A stretch of DNA of 64,000 nt from Fimbriimonadales bacterium (GTDB lineage: Bacteria; Armatimonadota; Fimbriimonadia; Fimbriimonadales; ATM1). A program made the translations under genes and the position numbers. The notes under the pieces are model-generated. The model did not search any database. It saw only the letters and a list, made by a program, of their open reading frames with translations, and was not told the origin of the DNA. The stretch is from contig JBPCLO010000008.1 in the NCBI GenBank assembly GCA_051003155.1, positions 18,152 through 82,151 of the forward strand, in the 5' to 3' direction. Shown in pieces: positions 21,351-32,232 of the stretch. The first letter of the stretch is position 1, and every line of letters starts with the position of its first letter.

Positions 21351-21698
21351 TCAGAAGAATCGCTCGTGGACGATCTTGCCATTCTCGACCGTGTAGAGGC
21401 AGTGCTCGCTCATGGTTTGCCGTTCGCCTGTCGCCTTGTTCGTGATATCGACCTCGAGCTTGATGAGGAACTGCGGCTCGTTCACCCATGGCCCTTCGAT
21501 CTTCTGGCCATGCAGCTCGAACGCATTGTTCCACGAGTCGATCTTCGCCTTGATCGCGTCCATGCCGCACGTTTCCCGATCGTCGCCTTCTGCTTCGACG
21601 CTGACGATGTCGTCCGAGTAGTACTTGAACGAAGCTTCGTCGAATTTCCCTTCTGAGCAGAGGGCGACCAGGCCGTCTGCGACTTCTTTCGCACTCAT
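21351..21698 (-). CDS. SnoaL-like/NTF2-fold protein
   Basis: YSDDIVSVEA, G.DAI..K, YTVENGKIVHERFF pattern. Confidence 0.85.
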   Translation of the reverse strand: MSAKEVADGLVALCSEGKFDEASFKYYSDDIVSVEAEGDDRETCGMDAIKAKIDSWNNAFELHGQKIEGPWVNEPQFLIKLEVDITNKATGERQTMSEHCLYTVENGKIVHERFF

Positions 21699-22013
21699 GC
21701 GCCCATTGTAGTCGGCTCAGCGGCTCAGCCGTTGTTTCCGTCCGGAGTTCCAGTTCGACACCGGACGATTGACCCGATATGGGCGCAGGACTTTCTCCAA
21801 TTCCATGTATGCGCGATGCTTGATGTCGCAGTGCACCGCGCTCTTGGGACCGTAGATCTTCACCTCGCCGTAGCCGACTATTAGCATCAGCGAGACAGCC
21901 AACTAGCCCGATATATGAGCTAACGAACTCGGACGGTCACTGCGTTTCCCGGTGGCTCCACCTGTCGCCGCGCTTCAAACCACGCGCGGCGACAAGCGAA
22001 ATGTTCGCGGGTA

Positions 22014-22616
22014 CTACCGCCGGCGGCGAATCGCGAGACTGCCAAGACCCACCGCCAAAGCAACGAGGGCGCCCGGCTCGGGAACCGGGTTCGCCTGGAT
22101 GTCATCGCTCATGATAAAGCCATTGAATTGATTGTTGGCGATGATCACGATGCGCGAGAGACCATCGGCGTACTCCCAGCCGTTCCAAGCCCATTGGCCC
22201 ATAGGCGCGCTGACGACGAGCGGATCGCCCACCTGAGCGCCGCCCGCATCGTAGAAAGTTGCCATTGCGTCAGGTGCGTCCGCATTCGTACCGAACCACC
22301 CGCCGAACTGAACGACCGGGCTCGCAAAGTTGAACTCATAGTTGACGCCGGCGCCTCCCATAAAGGCTTCGCCGCTGTGCGGGAAGATCGTGCTGAAGAA
22401 TCCCCAGCCGGTCGTAATGTGGAGGCCCTGGCCGGCTCCCACCTGATCGACGGAGCTCCCGTCGCCGAGAATGTCGTACGAAGTCAAGAACTGGCCCCTC
22501 GGCTGCGTCTCGTAAGAGTCGGACATAGCGCCCGTGAACTCGCCGATCGGAACGACCTGGGCCGATGCCACTACCGGCGTCAAGGCGCAAATGACTATGA
22601 ACTGTCTAATTGACAT
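22014..22616 (-). CDS. PEP-CTERM surface protein
   Basis: AAGGAG RBS, signal peptide, VPEPGALVALAVGLGSLAIRRRR; strong hairpin downstream at 21961-21996. Confidence 0.93.
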   Translation of the reverse strand: MSIRQFIVICALTPVVASAQVVPIGEFTGAMSDSYETQPRGQFLTSYDILGDGSSVDQVGAGQGLHITTGWGFFSTIFPHSGEAFMGGAGVNYEFNFASPVVQFGGWFGTNADAPDAMATFYDAGGAQVGDPLVVSAPMGQWAWNGWEYADGLSRIVIIANNQFNGFIMSDDIQANPVPEPGALVALAVGLGSLAIRRRR

Positions 22617-23355
22617 CTGATTCTCCTTTTATGATTCACGCTGGCAGTATGCCAGGTTTTAACGCTATTCGCCGATCCCGGCAACTTGTCCTCCCGCTAA
22701 ATGAGGGAAAATTACTAATGGACCTGCCAAGCGACTGGATCCATCCTGGCAAAGCCATTGAACTGGTTCCCAGTTTTTTAGATTCCAACGGTTTATGGGC
22801 TTCGCTCGGTAGGTCATTGCTCCATACTGGCCGCCAAAATTTTGCTTACTATGGAGGCTAGATTTAGGTATCTAACCCTCTTATTCAGGCTTTATTTCTC
22901 CTTCCGGCTTGTAGCTGATCCTCACGCCGGCTGCCGACAGCCTGCCCCCGTGAGCTGGCTCGGGTTCGGGACGTCGACGGTTTGCGTGTCCGAAATAGCT
23001 GCAGTCCCCATGCGGCCCGAGATCGAGTCGCACTGGGATGTTAGTCCACCATGAGACCGTTTTTTAACCGGATCGCTTTCGGAACGCAGGCATCTGTCGC
23101 CTCCGGGGAGGCACTCGCAGGCTGGAAGCAGGCACGGATGCCTCCAGCCGATTTCGCTGCGCCCCCAGCCGCGAAAATGAGTGCCACTATCTATCTGACC
23201 AGTACTTATACTGGTTTATCAACCTTTGCGGTATATGCGTTGCGCGAAACGGCGAAGTTTGTGCAAGAATATGCAGGTAAGTAATAAGGGGGTTGAAGGT
23301 TATGCCCAATGCTCCCAATAATTCAATTCCTATATATTGGAAGGAGAAAGTAGAG

Positions 23356-24024
23356 ATGAAATTCAATCGATTAGTAGTGGCAGGCGCCGCTCTTTTCTGC
23401 CTCGCCGGCAATTCGTTTGCTGCCCAGTTGTTCTACGGAGGCGACTTTGACGGCGTCAATGGCTTGGCCGTTGATTTCGACGCCTTCACGTTCGATGACT
23501 TCGATATCACCGGCCCTGGAGCCGTCGTCGACAGCGTCTACGGCAACTGCCTCAGCAACGCCGACTTCGCCAGCATGGTCATGACCTGGGAGATCCGCAG
23601 CGGTATCTCTGAAGGCAATGGCGGCGTGCTTGAAGCCAGCGGCTCGGGTACACCTACTGTTACCCCCACGGGACGCAGCGGCTTCGGCTTCACTGAGTAC
23701 AACATTCGCATCAGCGGCCTCGCCGTGGCTTTAAACGCCGGTACGTACTTCTTCGGAATGAACGTTGGCGAAGACGCCTTTGGTGGCAGAACCTTCGTTT
23801 CGACGACGAGTGGCGCCAACAGCGTCGGCTCGCCGATCGCAAACGGCAACTCGTTCTTCAACAGCGGCTTCTTCGGCTTCACCTATAGCAGCACTGCCAA
23901 CGTTCTTGGCGCTGAAGCTGACTTCTCCTATGGAATCGACGGCGAAGCGGTTCCCGAGCCCGCGACACTGGTCGCCCTCGGCGTTGGCCTTGCAGCACTC
24001 GCTGCTCGCCGCCGCAGAAGCTAA
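23356..24024 (+). CDS. PEP-CTERM surface protein
   Basis: AAGGAG RBS, signal peptide MKFNRLVVAGAALFCLAGNSFA, VPEPATLVALGVGLAALAARRRRS. Confidence 0.93.
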   Translation: MKFNRLVVAGAALFCLAGNSFAAQLFYGGDFDGVNGLAVDFDAFTFDDFDITGPGAVVDSVYGNCLSNADFASMVMTWEIRSGISEGNGGVLEASGSGTPTVTPTGRSGFGFTEYNIRISGLAVALNAGTYFFGMNVGEDAFGGRTFVSTTSGANSVGSPIANGNSFFNSGFFGFTYSSTANVLGAEADFSYGIDGEAVPEPATLVALGVGLAALAARRRRS

Positions 24025-24052
24025 GACGTTTAGCTAAGCAGCTAAGAAAATT

Positions 24053-24081
24053 GAAGCCGGCCCCCGGGTCGGCTTCTTTTT
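24053..24081 (+). terminator. Intrinsic terminator
   Basis: GAAGCCGGCCC-CC-GGGTCGGCTTC followed by TTTTT. Confidence 0.75.
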
Positions 24082-24108
24082 GTTCTATCGTCTTTCACCA
24101 ACTGAGAG

Positions 24109-24237
24109 AACATCCTGGGCGTCGACCCATGAGACGTCTGTGATGTCGACGTTGAAACCGTTCCCGGGCCGACGACGTTGGTCGCCCTCGGCGTTGGCCT
24201 TGCAGCTCTCGCTGCTCGCCTCCGCAGAAGCTTAGAC
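24109..24237 (+). repeat. Degenerate copy of the PEP-CTERM gene 3' end
   Basis: Gap-free alignment to 23899-24027 (offset 210); last 57 nt differ at 3 positions; in-frame TGA and VPEP changed to VPGP. Confidence 0.85.
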
Positions 24238-24748
24238 CGGGCTCGGTATTTGATTAGTTCTTCGGCCGTGTAACGAGAGGTTACGACTTTGAGCGATTCT
24301 TGCACCGCCGGGTCTATAATCCGGTCCTTATATTCGCGGCCAACGTTCTCGTAGAGATCGTCCACCCTGCTCGGGTCGACGTGAAAGTTCAGAGCCAGCG
24401 CCGTCGTGACAATCTGCAAGGTCCCGAGAGGCGGCAGATGCCTGGCTCTCCTCGATCTGAGTACGTACTTCGACCAACTCCGTCGAGTTCACAAATGGAA
24501 CGATTAAATGGATGCCCTCGGACAGTTCTTCGACGACCGCGCCGACCTGCATTTTTACAGCTCGGTGCCCAGCGGGCACCATGACAACCGAATCAAAGAG
24601 AATCCCACTCACGATTAGCAAGGCTCCAACGAGCCTCGCCCCCCAGGCCCAAATGCTCAGATTAACTGCGTCCGGCGTTCGCTTTGTTCAGGCCAGCGAT
24701 GACGAAGGAAACCACGAGGACAATGATTCCAAGAAGGGCAATGATCAT
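24236..24748 (-). pseudogene. SPFH/prohibitin family protein, frameshifted and truncated
   Basis: VMVPAGHRAV...EGIHLIVPFV...SRDL / QIV...ALNFHVDP...IIDPAVQESLKVVTSRYTAEELI; two frameshifts; ends at the PEP-CTERM relic. Confidence 0.85.
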
Positions 24749-24915
24749 GGGTTACCTAAAGGTAGATGACGAAACACTCCCCGGGTTCGACGCTGCGCGT
24801 GGGTCGGGGACACGTTTGCGCGGTGTCCACGCTCAGTTACCACCAATGAGCGAAAATCCGCCCTGTCGCCTCGCGCTCAGCCTTTCCCTAATCACACTCG
24901 TTCTGCCTCGGCACA

Positions 24916-24949
24916 ACAAAAAAGACCCCGCTCTTGCGAACGGGGTCTT
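24916..24949 (-). terminator. Terminator of the 16S transcription unit
   Basis: Minus strand AAGACCCCG-N10-CGGGGTCTT followed by TTTTGTT. Confidence 0.8.
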
Positions 24950-25050
24950 CTATTCCTGAAAATGGATACGGCGTCAGCAAAGATTGATCGACCTAGGGAA
25001 ACCCTTTTCCGTGAGAGGAAAAGAGCATCGGTAAAGATGTTACTCCCTAT

Positions 25051-26562
<1,512 letters not shown>

Positions 26563-26671
26563 GAATGGTTTGAACTGGCGTTCAATTCGGTTCGAAAACC
26601 GATTTTCCGCTGGTTAATATCTCGATCACTTGATCGAGGGTGAAACAATCAATGCGTAAAAAACCGTATCC

Positions 26672-26745
26672 AAATTTCAAGGAACACGCCGTCTCCGGAA
26701 GGAGAGGCAGGGGGATAGTATAGACCATCCGCCGCGTTTTGTCAA
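26672..26745 (-). promoter_or_regulatory. rRNA promoter and boxA
   Basis: TTGACA(26745-26740)-N17-TATACT(26722-26717); boxA-like TGTTCCTTGAAA at about 26686-26675. Confidence 0.85.
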
Positions 26746-26963
26746 GGGCCGAAGTTGCTTTTCTTGGAAATACCCTTGTCGGGTAATCCCCAGCCCGGGT
26801 GTTCACAGACTGCGCGCCATAACTTCGGCCGTCCGTGCGGCGCGGAGCAACTCGATATTTGCGTGCTGCCCAAGGTGCCTGTACTAAAGAGACGTCTCCC
26901 TGCGCCGCCACCCGCCCTGTCGGAGACTGCAGGAACGTTGATCGGTTTGTCTCCTGTCTCCCG

Positions 26964-28217
26964 CTACGGCGTCGTCACGGTCCAAACCGTGTGATCCAGC
27001 GAACCGATCCAGGGATACACGAATACCGTCGATGTCGGCTTATAGCTGACCTTCGCTTTCATCCTGCGATTTTGCGAGTTCACGTATTGGCCGATGTTCT
27101 GCGTCACGATGACCTCCACGGTCGAATCCGTCGTCGTGCTGGCGCGGCTGTCGACCTGTACCCAGGAATTGGAGACGAAATTGAAAAGCTCGATCCTCTG
27201 GGTCATGTTCGCGACGGACGTTCTAGCCTCCAGCGCGAACTTCAATGTCAGGATGTTGTTCGACGGCGCGATCGTCTCGGCGATCAACTGCATCGGGAAC
27301 TCCGCCGTCGAGAAAACGACCCCGGGACGCCCACGGAGTCTGTCGTCGTCGCTATACCAAAGGCTGCCCAAATCGCCGCCCATCAGCGAGCCTCGGAAGA
27401 ACGAGAAAGAGACGGGGGTCAAAACGGTCTGCGTCCCGCCGACCTCGATCTTGAGAAGGAAGTTCGCCTCGTTCGGAGGTCCCCCAAAGTTGTCCTGCTC
27501 GTCGTCGTGATAAATCCCGTCCTCGGGATTGGCGTCAAACCAAAAAACGTCGTCGCTGCTGCCAACTGCTACGCCACCCCCGCCAAAACCCGGCTGGACG
27601 AACGGGATGAACGCGCCTTCACCGCTGGGGTCGGGCTCGCGGAACTGCTGGGCGAAGAAACAGCCGCCGTCGGGAACTGTTACGTTGATCTGGCCGCCGA
27701 TGTCAAAAGTTATCATCCAAAAACCGGGCTCCGGACGCGAAAAGAAGCCTCCGAAATCGGCGATCACGCCGCTGAACGAGCTCTCGCCGCTGGGCTGACC
27801 GGGAACATGTGTGTCGAACACCTGCCAGCGAACCAAGAACTGTTGGGTCGCTTCGATATTCCAGAAAACGGTGAGATGCCGCCATGGCGCGCCTTGGCCC
27901 GCGGACGTCATTACGATATCGTCGAGCGCGCTGGGCATGGAGCCAGACGCCGCGAAGTGCGAGCTGTCTCCATTGTCGTTGTGGTAGGCCGTAATGAGAT
28001 CGGCGCCCGGAAGCGGAATCTCGTTTACGCCAGGCGCGTCGCCGATACGAACTGCGTGGTACGGAATCTCCCGACCGGCGACGCTTTGGTATGTGCCGTC
28101 CGGAAGACGTACCGAGCCGAAGGTCGTTTTCATGGCGCCCCACGATTCGTTTCGCTGAGAGGCGGCAGGGGCGAATGCGGCGAGAATTAAGAGGACGACA
28201 TAAAGTACCCGTTTCAT
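26964..28217 (-). CDS. Secreted hypothetical protein
   Basis: Signal peptide MKRVLYVVLLILAAFAPA; beta-rich body; long uninterrupted ORF. Confidence 0.8.
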   Translation of the reverse strand: MKRVLYVVLLILAAFAPAASQRNESWGAMKTTFGSVRLPDGTYQSVAGREIPYHAVRIGDAPGVNEIPLPGADLITAYHNDNGDSSHFAASGSMPSALDDIVMTSAGQGAPWRHLTVFWNIEATQQFLVRWQVFDTHVPGQPSGESSFSGVIADFGGFFSRPEPGFWMITFDIGGQINVTVPDGGCFFAQQFREPDPSGEGAFIPFVQPGFGGGGVAVGSSDDVFWFDANPEDGIYHDDEQDNFGGPPNEANFLLKIEVGGTQTVLTPVSFSFFRGSLMGGDLGSLWYSDDDRLRGRPGVVFSTAEFPMQLIAETIAPSNNILTLKFALEARTSVANMTQRIELFNFVSNSWVQVDSRASTTTDSTVEVIVTQNIGQYVNSQNRRMKAKVSYKPTSTVFVYPWIGSLDHTVWTVTTP

Positions 28218-28342
28218 ATGCTTCTCCAAGAATAGAATGATACACCGATTGGCTCGGCCGTACTTTTATAGATGATTCCCGAACACGTTTGTTCCGCACG
28301 AAATGGAAAGGATCGGCGTACTAAGAACGGAGGACGTATCTA

Positions 28343-28510
28343 ATGAAGAAGAAATTTTCACTTATCCTTGCCTCGATATCGCTCGTCTCATTCGCCTTGC
28401 TCTCAACCGGTTGCACGGTTCAAGAAGACGACCCGGACACAATAGTCACGCCCGACTCGCCGGATGTGAAGGTCACGCCCCCGGCCGGCGGCAAGGTCGA
28501 AATCGACTGA
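28343..28510 (+). CDS. Small lipoprotein, 55 aa (not in ORF track)
   Basis: GGAGG RBS; MKKKFSLILASISLVSFALLSTGC-TVQEDDPDTIVTPDSPDVKVTPPAGGKVEID. Confidence 0.85.
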   Translation: MKKKFSLILASISLVSFALLSTGCTVQEDDPDTIVTPDSPDVKVTPPAGGKVEID

Positions 28511-28550
28511 CCCTTATTGTAAAATTGTGCTCTGAGCGCATATTCCGCGC

Positions 28551-29030
28551 ATGACCACGACCCGGCTCGAGGGATTCAGCGATGGCGTGAAGCCGTCCTG
28601 ATTTTGCTGAGCTTTGTCTTCGTGGGAACCTACGGGAACAACCACCACCACGTGCTCCAAGCGACGCAGCGAATCAACGGCAAGATTCTGTGGGCCAACC
28701 TTCACCTGTTCTTTTGACTTTCGCTCGCGCAGTTTGCAACGGCATGGATGGGTGAGAACCACGCTGAGCCCGTGCCGACCGCGTTCTACGGCGTCGTCGT
28801 GCTGGCATCTGCCATCGCGTATACGGTTCTGCAGACTCAAATCGTGCACACCACGGACCCGAGTCGCCGCTTAAACACGCCTTGGGAACGACCTTAAGGG
28901 CAAAGCCTCGATGATTGCGTACTTCGCCGCAATACCGCTCGCGTTTGTCCAAACCGGGCTGTCGATAGCGCTATACGTCTTCGTCGCGCTGATTTGGCTC
29001 GCCCCGATCGAAGGATCGAGAGGCAATTAA
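28551..29030 (+). pseudogene. TMEM175-family potassium channel pseudogene
   Basis: MTTTRLEGFSDGV, then an internal deletion, SFVFVGTYGNNHHH...LWANLHLFF* (in-frame TGA), AWMGENH...YGVV, further frameshifts to ...IWLAP/DRRIER. Confidence 0.85.
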
Positions 29031-29035
29031 GTTAG

Positions 29036-30220
29036 CTACCGATCGAGAACCGGCGCGGTGGGAAAGAAGTACTCGTCGTCGAGGCCCAGCGCTTCCGGCG
29101 GAACGTTCATCGCGATATTGTCCGTCGACTCGATCATGGCGATTACCATTGGGAACTTGCCCGGCGGAGCCCATTTAGTAAACTTCGAGTCGCCCCAAGC
29201 CTGCGCCTCGGCGTAAGCTCTAAAGCGAATCACACGGTTGTTGGCTGCGTCGAGGTCCATTTCGCCGCGGATCGTACCGCCGAGGCCGCGGCTTCCGTCT
29301 GAAAGCTTTTGTGTGAACGCTCCTCTAAAACTGTATAGAAGTTTGCCCTTGGATTTGCCGAGAGGCTTCATCGTGAAATCGGCCCTCTTAACTTGGCCCG
29401 CAAGCCACATGTCGGGCTCTCCGCGAACGTTGTCGACCAAATGATATCGAACAATCCTCCCCGCCAGGGCATCGGGCATCTTGAATCCGCTCCCATTCGC
29501 CCCCGCGGCGATAATCGCCTTCACGTCGGAACCGATTATCCACAGATGGTCTCGGCCGACGCTCTTGTTAAGCGAGTTCGCTGCCAGCGGAACCGGCCGC
29601 ACACGCGTGTAGACCCGAACAACGGAGACGGTTGGATCGGGTGACCGCGAAAAGACGCCCTCGGAGCCTTCGGTAGAAATCGCGAGCTGTATCGGCGGAT
29701 GAGCGTGGAAGGCGTCCCGCGCCTCCGTAAGCATTCGGATGACCACTTTTGCGTCGCGCACATTTTCGAATCCGTAGGCAGTCCCGTCGGCAGCCACCGT
29801 GTAGAAGCCTTGCACGGTTTGCCCTGATCGCACCCGATAGTTGACTTTGCCGGCGGTCGACATAAACCACCTGGACGCACCCGTACGGCTCCATGCCAGT
29901 TCGGCGATGTTGCCGGCCACCGGAATGAAATCGTTCTGAAGGGTTCTGATAACTTTAGGGTCGTTGAATGTGAACACACGGTCCAGCAAGCCGTTGTTTC
30001 ACGTGCTGCCGAGCGGGTTCCCGTTCATCATCCAAAGGAACATCGGTTTTTGAGATTGCTGGGCCTCGATGCGCGCGGATGTAAGGTCCATACGCCACGG
30101 GATCTGAAGCCACGTCTCCTCCTTGGCCGTGGGCAGAACCGACGCGACCTGCTTGTCGAGCAGAGGATCACTAACACCGCTTGATAATGCCGCCGCCACA
30201 GCGAACAGTTGGACCAGCAT
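29036..30220 (-). CDS. Exported thioredoxin-like protein with in-frame UGA, candidate selenoprotein (394 codons)
   Basis: ORFs 29999-30220 and 29036-29989 are one frame joined by a single TGA: KPMFLWMMNGNPLGST-U-NNGLLDRVFTFNDPKV; hairpin directly 3' of the UGA. Confidence 0.7.
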
Positions 30221-30241
30221 GCCCTAGTTTGGCACGCTTTC

Positions 30242-30691
30242 CTATCCGAGAGCCTGGAGAATCTCCTCGGCGTGCCCCACGGGCTCGACCTTGCTCCAAA
30301 TCTTGACGATCTTCCCGTTCTCATCCAGGAGGAACGATGTCCGTTCGATTCCCATGTATTTCTTGCCGTACATCGACTTCTCGACCCAGACCCCGCAAGA
30401 CTCGGCCAACATGTGGTCCTGGTCGGCGAGCAGAGTAAACAACAGGTTGTACTTCGCGATGAACTTGCGGTGCGACGCTGGACTGTCAGGACTTACGCCC
30501 AGCACCCTCACTTCGGAGAAACGCGGGAACGCTTCACGAATTCCGCAGGCTTCAGCGGTACATCCGCTCGTGTCGTCCTTTGGATAGAAGTAAATCAGCG
30601 CCTTCTGCCTCGTAATGCCTACCAAGGTTACACGGTTTCCGTCTTGGTCGGGCAAATCGAATGAGGGAAAAACATCGCCTTCCTTGAGCAT
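30242..30691 (-). CDS. bcp: Peroxiredoxin Bcp/PrxQ
   Basis: YFYPKDDTSGCTAEAC, GVSPD, GIERTSFL. Confidence 0.95.
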   Translation of the reverse strand: MLKEGDVFPSFDLPDQDGNRVTLVGITRQKALIYFYPKDDTSGCTAEACGIREAFPRFSEVRVLGVSPDSPASHRKFIAKYNLLFTLLADQDHMLAESCGVWVEKSMYGKKYMGIERTSFLLDENGKIVKIWSKVEPVGHAEEILQALG

Positions 30692-30699
30692 GTCTATGT

Positions 30700-32007
30700 T
30701 TACCTGCAGATCCGTTCGATGATAGCGTTTTGAATCTCCCTTGGGCGCGCCGCCTTGCCCGCGTAGTGGTTGAACATGATCGCGAAGAGCACCCGCTTTC
30801 GCTGGCCGGGCACTGCGACGGGCGTAAGCTTCCCAATGTCGCCGGCGGCGGTCGTTGCAGTGCCCGACGTGGCCATTCCAACGATGCTGCAGATTCCGCT
30901 GAGCGTGCCCGTCTTAGCTCGCACGTCCAGCCCCACGAGCCGACTGCGGAGCGTCCCTTCGCCCGCCTTCGCAAACGAGGCCGCCAGAACAGGCCCGTGC
31001 TCGCGGAGCAGTTCCCACTCCAACAGCTGCACGAGCGCTCGCGGAGTAATCTCGTTGAAGCGTGAAAGGCCGCAGCCATCCGAAAGCCGATACGCGTCCG
31101 GCGCGATCGCGATTTTGCGCAGCATCTTCTCGGCCAAGGCGAGTGCGTCGTCCCACGACCCGGATTTTCCACCGACGGCTCCGCATAGCCTCAAAAGAGT
31201 CTCGGCGCAGTGGTTGTTGGAGTTCGTCATTGTCTCGCGGAGAATCTGCGCCACGTCGCGAGGCGAGTGCTCAAGAGCGTGCGACGGCCGCGGCGCCTTG
31301 CCCCGGCGCGCGGAGTTGCCTAGGATTTTTGCGGCACATAACGCCGGGTCGGGGAGGCTGACGGTACCGAGTTTTCGCGTGCCGGGCAGCTCGTTCCTTA
31401 TTTTCAAGGTCCAGCTTCCAAAATCGCGATGCAAAACGAGATCGCCTGCTCCTATTTGGCGCAGCAGCTGGATTCCGAAATTCCGGGGCTCTAGGAATAT
31501 CCGCCCTCCCTCGGCCATGACATCGGCCTCTCCGTAGTTAACTGTCAGTGCGCTCACGGGCGCAGCGTCCCCCCGCATCATGTCGCCGTATTCCCAGCCC
31601 AGATTAACACGGTCGGGGCCGAGCAGCCCGTCGTCGAACACAAGCGCGTCGCCATGCTCGATGCCCAGGCGGTCTTTGATCGATACCAGTTCATCGACCG
31701 TCAGCCCCGGATCTCCGCCGCCGACCAGGAACGCCTTCTTGCCTTCCCGCCACGCCGTTGTTTTCGGCCGATAGGTAGGGCCTAGAGTCTCGAGCGTAAG
31801 CACCGAGGTGACAAGTTTCAATACGCTCGCAGGGATGAGCCTCTTGTCCGCATTCCGATCGAATAAGACGGCGCCATCCAGTTCCTTCACAAAGACTCCG
31901 ACGGACGCTCGGCTGAGGGCCGGATCGTCGAGAATCCTCAAAATGTCCTGGCCCAGATCGGCCTGCTGTGCCGTGAAGAGAACGAGCGCGCCCAGGATGT
32001 TCAGCAT
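30700..32007 (-). CDS. dacB: D-Ala-D-Ala carboxypeptidase/endopeptidase (peptidase S13)
   Basis: PASVLK (SxxK), SNN (SxN), DGCGLSR, KTGTL; signal peptide. Confidence 0.92.
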   Translation of the reverse strand: MLNILGALVLFTAQQADLGQDILRILDDPALSRASVGVFVKELDGAVLFDRNADKRLIPASVLKLVTSVLTLETLGPTYRPKTTAWREGKKAFLVGGGDPGLTVDELVSIKDRLGIEHGDALVFDDGLLGPDRVNLGWEYGDMMRGDAAPVSALTVNYGEADVMAEGGRIFLEPRNFGIQLLRQIGAGDLVLHRDFGSWTLKIRNELPGTRKLGTVSLPDPALCAAKILGNSARRGKAPRPSHALEHSPRDVAQILRETMTNSNNHCAETLLRLCGAVGGKSGSWDDALALAEKMLRKIAIAPDAYRLSDGCGLSRFNEITPRALVQLLEWELLREHGPVLAASFAKAGEGTLRSRLVGLDVRAKTGTLSGICSIVGMATSGTATTAAGDIGKLTPVAVPGQRKRVLFAIMFNHYAGKAARPREIQNAIIERICR

Positions 32008-32157
32008 GGGGCACAGTTTCCCACAGAAAGACCCGCGAAGCAAGTGCATCCGCAATAAGCTCAATAAGCTGTCCTCATCCCCCCGAGAGTGAGGACATTG
32101 ATTCTCAGCTTGTAGATTAAGATTCGTTAGGGATTTAGACCTATTTTATCAGAGAAC

Positions 32158-32187
32158 TTGACATACATCACAGACTTTCCGTAATAT
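32158..32187 (+). promoter_or_regulatory. Sigma70-like promoter for the ECF sigma gene
   Basis: TTGACA-N18-TAATAT 45 nt upstream of the ATG, AGGAG RBS. Confidence 0.55.
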
Positions 32188-32232
32188 CTTCAAACCGCAA
32201 CTAGGATGCGGCTTAGGAGAAGAAGAAATTAA

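Noticed and set aside
23899..24237. DGR template repeat for the PEP-CTERM gene
   Set aside because: Differences involve all four bases; no RT or avd gene nearby.
28716..28718. In-frame TGA in TMEM175 as selenocysteine
   Set aside because: It falls where a Trp is expected in a TM helix, and the gene also has a deletion and frameshifts; ordinary nonsense mutation.
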